20,000 bases of DNA from an uncultured virus (IMG/VR IMGVR_UViG_3300021959_000026) (Duplodnaviria > Heunggongvirae > Uroviricota > Caudoviricetes): IMG/VR virus record IMGVR_UViG_3300021959_000026; one strand, 5' to 3'. Each line of letters starts with the position of its first letter. Position 1 is the first letter of the stretch. The position numbers and the translations under genes are program-made. The notes under the pieces are model-generated. The model did not search any database. It saw only the letters and a program-made list of their open reading frames with translations, and was not told the origin of the DNA. Below are positions 16,136 through 20,000 of this stretch, piece after piece.

Positions 16136-17779
16136 ATGGCAGAATTATTCGGCTTTTCAATACAAAAAGCAAAAAAGGATCAGGGGCTCAGTGGAAAAAC
16201 TTTCACTGACCCCACTCCTGATGACGGCGCAATTGAGATTGCAGGCGGTGGGTTCTTTTCCTCTGTACTAGATACAGATGGTCGAGAACGCAATGACCTT
16301 GACCTCATTCGTCGTTATAGAGATATTTCTATGCAATCGGAGTGTGATGCTGCGGTTGAAGATATTGTGAATGAAGGTATCATTTCAAATCTAAATGATA
16401 TTCCAGTAAATATCGATTTAACAAATCTAAAATACGGCGATAAAATTAAAAATAGAATTCGAGTTGAGTTCATGGAAGTTCTAAGACTTCTTAATTTTAA
16501 TGAAAAGGGTCATGATATCTTTCGTCGTTGGTATGTTGATGGTCGTATATACTACCACAAAGTTATCGACAATAAAGACCCACAGAAGGGTTTAACCCAT
16601 CTAAGATTTATTGACCCAACTAAAATTCGTAAGGTTCGAGAAACAAAAAAAGACCCTAGCGTTGACCAGAATGGCGTTGAAATGGTCAGTAAGGTAGATG
16701 AATATTTTATCTACAGCGATAAGGGTTTTGCAAGTTCGGGTTCTCAGGGTAATGATCAGGGAATTAAAATTGCTGCTGATTCAGTAGTATATGTTCCATC
16801 AGGACTCCTTGACAACAACTCTGGTCGAGTTATCTCGCACCTACACAAAGCAATCAAACCAGTTAATCAGTTGCGTATGATCGAAGATGCGATTGTTATC
16901 TATCGCATCTCTCGTGCGCCAGAACGTAGAATTTTCTATATTGACGTTGGTAATCTACCAAAGGTAAAAGCAGAACAGTATCTAAAAGATGTGATGAATC
17001 GTTATCGTAACAAGTTGGTATACGATGCAAGTACAGGTGAGATTCGGGATGACCGTAATCACATGTCTATGTTGGAAGATTTCTGGCTTCCTCGCCGTGA
17101 AGGTGGTAGAGGAACAGAAATTAGCACACTTCCCGGCGGTTCTAATTTGGGAGAGATTGATGATATCGTATATTTCCAACGGAAACTATACCGTTCACTT
17201 AACGTGCCGATTTCAAGACTTGAAGCTGAAAACGGATTCAGTATGGGAAGGGCATCAGAAATTACTAGAGACGAACTCAAGTTCACTAAGTTCGTACAAC
17301 GTATTCGTAAGAAATTTACCCCCCTATTCACTGACTTGCTCAAAACTAACCTACTCCTTAAAGGCGTAATCTCACCAGAAGATTGGCCTCGTATGCAAGA
17401 ACATATTCAGTATGACTTTATGGAAGATGGTCACTTTGCAGAGTTGAAAGACGCAGAACTTCTTAATGATCGTATTCAGACACTTGATAGCATTCAGTCC
17501 TATATTGGTACATTCTTCAGTAAGGAATATGTACTGAAAAAAGTCCTAAATATGACAGACGCAGAAATTCAAGAGATGCGAGCTCAGATGAAGAAGGAAG
17601 TTGAAACTGATCCATTGGATGGTGGTATTGATATGCCAGATGGTGGTGACGGTATCACAAGGTATCCACAGGATGGTGATGGTGGTGTGATTGCACCAGA
17701 ACAGATGCCAGACTATGAGGAACCAGAACAAGATGGTAAACCAAATGATGATCAAAAATTTGGTAAAGGAGATAAATAA
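16136..17779 (+). CDS. gp20: Portal vertex protein gp20
   Basis: 'LFGFSI', 'FRRWYVDGR', 'HLHKAIKPVNQLRMIEDAIVIYRISRAPERRIFYIDVGNLPK' and 'EDFWLPRREGGRGTEI'. Confidence 0.98.
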   Translation: MAELFGFSIQKAKKDQGLSGKTFTDPTPDDGAIEIAGGGFFSSVLDTDGRERNDLDLIRRYRDISMQSECDAAVEDIVNEGIISNLNDIPVNIDLTNLKYGDKIKNRIRVEFMEVLRLLNFNEKGHDIFRRWYVDGRIYYHKVIDNKDPQKGLTHLRFIDPTKIRKVRETKKDPSVDQNGVEMVSKVDEYFIYSDKGFASSGSQGNDQGIKIAADSVVYVPSGLLDNNSGRVISHLHKAIKPVNQLRMIEDAIVIYRISRAPERRIFYIDVGNLPKVKAEQYLKDVMNRYRNKLVYDASTGEIRDDRNHMSMLEDFWLPRREGGRGTEISTLPGGSNLGEIDDIVYFQRKLYRSLNVPISRLEAENGFSMGRASEITRDELKFTKFVQRIRKKFTPLFTDLLKTNLLLKGVISPEDWPRMQEHIQYDFMEDGHFAELKDAELLNDRIQTLDSIQSYIGTFFSKEYVLKKVLNMTDAEIQEMRAQMKKEVETDPLDGGIDMPDGGDGITRYPQDGDGGVIAPEQMPDYEEPEQDGKPNDDQKFGKGDK

Positions 17780-17955
17780 TGAGTAAAGAATTTGTAGATG
17801 CTCTTGTAGATGGCAACAATATCGAAGCGGAAAAGGCATTTAGTATCACAATGGCTGCAAGGGTTGGTGATGCTTTAGAGGTTAAACGTAGAGAACTTGC
17901 TAACACATTTGTCAAATATCAGAATAAGGAAGCAGATGGAAATGAAGAGGATTGA
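17779..17955 (+). CDS. Small prohead core protein, gp67-like (58 aa; absent from the supplied ORF track)
   Basis: Translated by hand: MSKEFVDALVDGNNIEAEKAFSITMAARVGDALEVKRRELANTFVKYQNKEADGNEED*. It has an AGGAG RBS, and its ATG overlaps the gp20 stop (TAATG). Position and helical acidic character match gp67. Confidence 0.7.
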   Translation: MSKEFVDALVDGNNIEAEKAFSITMAARVGDALEVKRRELANTFVKYQNKEADGNEED

Positions 17956-18190
17956 GGAAATCTATGAATCTACAGTTGTAGAGAAGGATGAACACAGGAA
18001 ATCTAAACAATATAAACGTCTTTCACCCAAAATGAAGGACGCAGTGGACGATTTGTTCAAAAAAATGGACTCTAAACCTTCAGATTTCCTAAATAGTTTC
18101 GAAAGAACTATAACCGATGTATCTAAGAAATATAAAGTTCCTGAGAGGGAACTTCTTGGGTATTTTGAAAAAGAAATGTTAGCGATCTAG
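17942..18190 (+). CDS. Small hypothetical protein (82 aa) in the prohead core region
   Basis: The likely start is ATG 17942 (MKRIEEIYES...), overlapping the previous stop. It is charged and helical and lies between gp67-like and gp21. No recognisable family. Confidence 0.6.
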   Translation: MKRIEEIYESTVVEKDEHRKSKQYKRLSPKMKDAVDDLFKKMDSKPSDFLNSFERTITDVSKKYKVPERELLGYFEKEMLAI

Positions 18191-18199
18191 GGGATATAG

Positions 18200-18619
18200 A
18201 TGTCATTTGTAACAACAACATTAAGAGATACGATTGTGAATGCACCAGCTGCTGGTGGTATCGTAACGGTAAAGGCAATCTTTGATAATGATACTGCTGA
18301 CAATCTTATTCTTGATGCAGGCGGTCTTTCTGGATTTGCAAACGGTTGTAAGTTAGACCTGTCCCGTGCTTGGTGGGCTCTTACTCAGGGTACTGCTGCA
18401 GCAAACACTGGTGATTTGATCATTAAGTTTATCGGTTCTTCAGACAATGTAGTTGCACTACAACTTGCTGGTACAGGACACTATGATGGTTCTGCTGGAC
18501 TAATCAAGGGAACTGCAACAAATACGACTGCAACATCCTCTGATATCAACGGAGAAACAAGGGGTACTTCTGGGTTTGTTATTTTAGAATTTAAAAAAGA
18601 CAACGCTTGGACGGCATAA
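18200..18619 (+). CDS. Hypothetical beta-rich protein (139 aa), possibly virion structural
   Basis: Clean ORF with AGGGG RBS, rich in Gly/Ala/Thr with alternating hydrophobic strands and a C-terminal 'GFVILEFKK'. It lies inside the head operon. Confidence 0.6.
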   Translation: MSFVTTTLRDTIVNAPAAGGIVTVKAIFDNDTADNLILDAGGLSGFANGCKLDLSRAWWALTQGTAAANTGDLIIKFIGSSDNVVALQLAGTGHYDGSAGLIKGTATNTTATSSDINGETRGTSGFVILEFKKDNAWTA

Positions 18620-18629
18620 GGATAAAACA

Positions 18630-19277
18630 ATGAAACTATTTTCAGAGGCAGTCGAAGAAGTAGAGTATATCTGCGAAGCAAAGGAAGACGGTAGTAAGAA
18701 CTACAAGATTCGTGGTATCTTCATGCAGGCTGACATCAAGAACCGTAATGGTCGGGTGTATCCTATGGAAGTACTTCAAAAAGAAGTTGGAAAATACAAC
18801 AAGAACTTTATTAAAGAAAATCGTGCATTTGGTGAGCTTGGACATCCAGACGGACCAACCGTCAATCTGGAACGAGTGTCACATATGATCACGTCTTTAG
18901 AACCTGATGGAAAAAACTTTATTGGTGAGGCAAAAATTATGGCTACACCAATGGGTGAGATTGTGAAGAGTCTTATGGATGAAGGTGCAAAACTGGGCGT
19001 TTCCTCACGGGGAATGGGCAGTCTAGATCAAAAAGGTGGTGCGAACTATGTGCGGGACGACTTCTATCTCGCAACAGCAGCAGATATTGTTGCTGACCCT
19101 TCTGCACCAAACGCTTTTGTTGAAGGTATTATGGAAGGTAAAGAGTGGGTTTGGAACAACGGAGCGTTGTTGGAAGCGGAAATGGTAGAGATGAAAAAAG
19201 GATTTGATGTTAAGGAACGTCAGAGAAACGCAACTAAGGAAGCTTTAGCATTTGCTAAGTTTCTTAAAAGACTTTAA
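18630..19277 (+). CDS. gp21: Prohead core scaffold protease gp21
   Basis: 'IRGIFMQADIKNRNGRVYP', 'AFGELGHP' (catalytic His), 'LGVSSRGMGSL' (catalytic Ser) and 'DIVADPSAPNAFV'. Confidence 0.97.
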   Translation: MKLFSEAVEEVEYICEAKEDGSKNYKIRGIFMQADIKNRNGRVYPMEVLQKEVGKYNKNFIKENRAFGELGHPDGPTVNLERVSHMITSLEPDGKNFIGEAKIMATPMGEIVKSLMDEGAKLGVSSRGMGSLDQKGGANYVRDDFYLATAADIVADPSAPNAFVEGIMEGKEWVWNNGALLEAEMVEMKKGFDVKERQRNATKEALAFAKFLKRL

Positions 19278-19279
19278 GT

Positions 19280-19287
19280 TATAAATA
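19280..19287 (+). promoter_or_regulatory. Late promoter TATAAATA upstream of gp22
   Basis: Exact consensus immediately after the gp21 stop, followed by an AAGGAG RBS and ATG 19319. Confidence 0.85.
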
Positions 19288-19318
19288 ATCATTACAGATG
19301 AAGGTAAGGAGACACCCT

Positions 19319-20000
19319 ATGTCAGAACTAGAACAAACAATTGAAGAGCTCGAAGCAGAAGTGCTTGCAGAGCTTGAAGAAGCGAGTGACGCCCAGACAA
19401 AGGGTGCTGCTCCTGCCGAAGGCAAAAAGAAAATTGATGCAGTAACACCCGGTGGCGAAGTTGCCGATGTTGGTGGTGCTGATCCAGAAGCTAAAGTTGA
19501 AAAAGATGCCGATGAAGATCGTGAAGAGAAAGCGATTGGTAAGAAGGCCGCTGCAGCTGCAAAAGCAGTTTCAGGTGATGCACAACAGAAGGGCGCTGGT
19601 AAATCAGACGGTCCTCAGAAACTCGCTGCTGGTCATGTACCAGAAGAGGGTGAAGTTGTCACAGAAGCAAAACGCATGACGAAAGAAATGCTCAAAGCTG
19701 CAATGCATAAAAAGATGGAAGGCATGAAAGCCGTCGATCTGAAAGCCGCATATGAGAATATGATGGCCCCTGCTGAAGAAGAAGAAGAGATGGACGAAGC
19801 TGCAATGTCAGAACTCAAAAAACTTGAGGACGCAAAAGCAGAGATCGAAGAGAAGATCAAGTCCATCAATGTCAAGGAAGACGTTGACGCCCTCGTAGAA
19901 GGTGAAGACCTCTCCGAAGAGTTCAAGGACAAGGCAGCGACAATCTTTGAAGCTGCTGTTAAATCAAAAACCCGTGAGGAAATCTCTCGTATTCACGAAG
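19319..20000 (+). CDS. gp22: Prohead core scaffolding protein gp22 (3'-truncated; absent from the ORF track because no stop lies in the window)
   Basis: Open from ATG 19319 (MSELEQTIEELEAEVLAELEEA...) to the window end. It contains 'EDVDALVEGEDLSEEFKDKAATIFEAAV', typical of T4-like gp22, and follows gp21. Confidence 0.92.
   Translation, partial: MSELEQTIEELEAEVLAELEEASDAQTKGAAPAEGKKKIDAVTPGGEVADVGGADPEAKVEKDADEDREEKAIGKKAAAAAKAVSGDAQQKGAGKSDGPQKLAAGHVPEEGEVVTEAKRMTKEMLKAAMHKKMEGMKAVDLKAAYENMMAPAEEEEEMDEAAMSELKKLEDAKAEIEEKIKSINVKEDVDALVEGEDLSEEFKDKAATIFEAAVKSKTREEISRIHE

Noticed and set aside
17615..17735. DGG/MPD micro-repeats in the gp20 C-terminal tail
   Set aside because: Low-complexity acidic, Gly/Pro-rich tails are normal for T4-like portals, and there is no regular period.
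11291..17779. Introns or inteins in gp17, gp18 or gp20
   Set aside because: The ORFs are continuous with compact lengths (gp17 and gp20 are 547 aa each), and no intein C..HN-C/S/T splice motifs were noticed.
34..19932. Short antisense or alternate-frame ORFs in the track (e.g. 315..683, 2544..2906, 11942..12379, 14200..14601, 15001..15351, 19452..19679, 19633..19932)
   Set aside because: They overlap well-supported + strand genes, lack RBSs or recognisable motifs, and are the expected shadows of coding sequence.
1..20000. CRISPR array, tRNA/rRNA, IS or integrase
   Set aside because: No regularly spaced repeats, cloverleaf-like intergenic segments or transposase/recombinase motifs were seen. 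Intergenic gaps are about 100 nt or shorter.

Overview
This window is part of the virion morphogenesis (late) module of a T4-like myophage. Protein style and compact gp17/gp20 resemble marine T4-like phages, but the host cannot be assigned from sequence. Core order on the + strand is gp13 - gp14 - gp14' (tandem paralogue) - gp15 - gp16 - gp17 - gp18 - gp19 - gp20 - gp67-like - two small ORFs - gp21 - gp22 (truncated by the window end). Several T4 late-promoter motifs (TATAAATA / ACTAAATA) sit in the intergenic gaps. The unusual feature is a set of small-molecule or macromolecule modification enzymes placed before and between the neck and packaging genes: a SAM-methyltransferase-like protein, two 2OG-Fe(II) oxygenases, a GT-A glycosyltransferase, a 428-aa unknown, three diverged paralogues of a QueC-like PP-loop protein, and an asparagine-synthetase-like PP-loop protein that separates gp16 from gp17. 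Two of the QueC-like paralogues share a perfectly identical 120-bp block despite strong divergence elsewhere. A degenerate HNH-like gene lies antisense between gp17 and gp18, with its own late-promoter motif. No rRNA, tRNA, CRISPR array, IS element or reverse transcriptase was recognised. All calls come from motif recognition by eye; no database searches were run.
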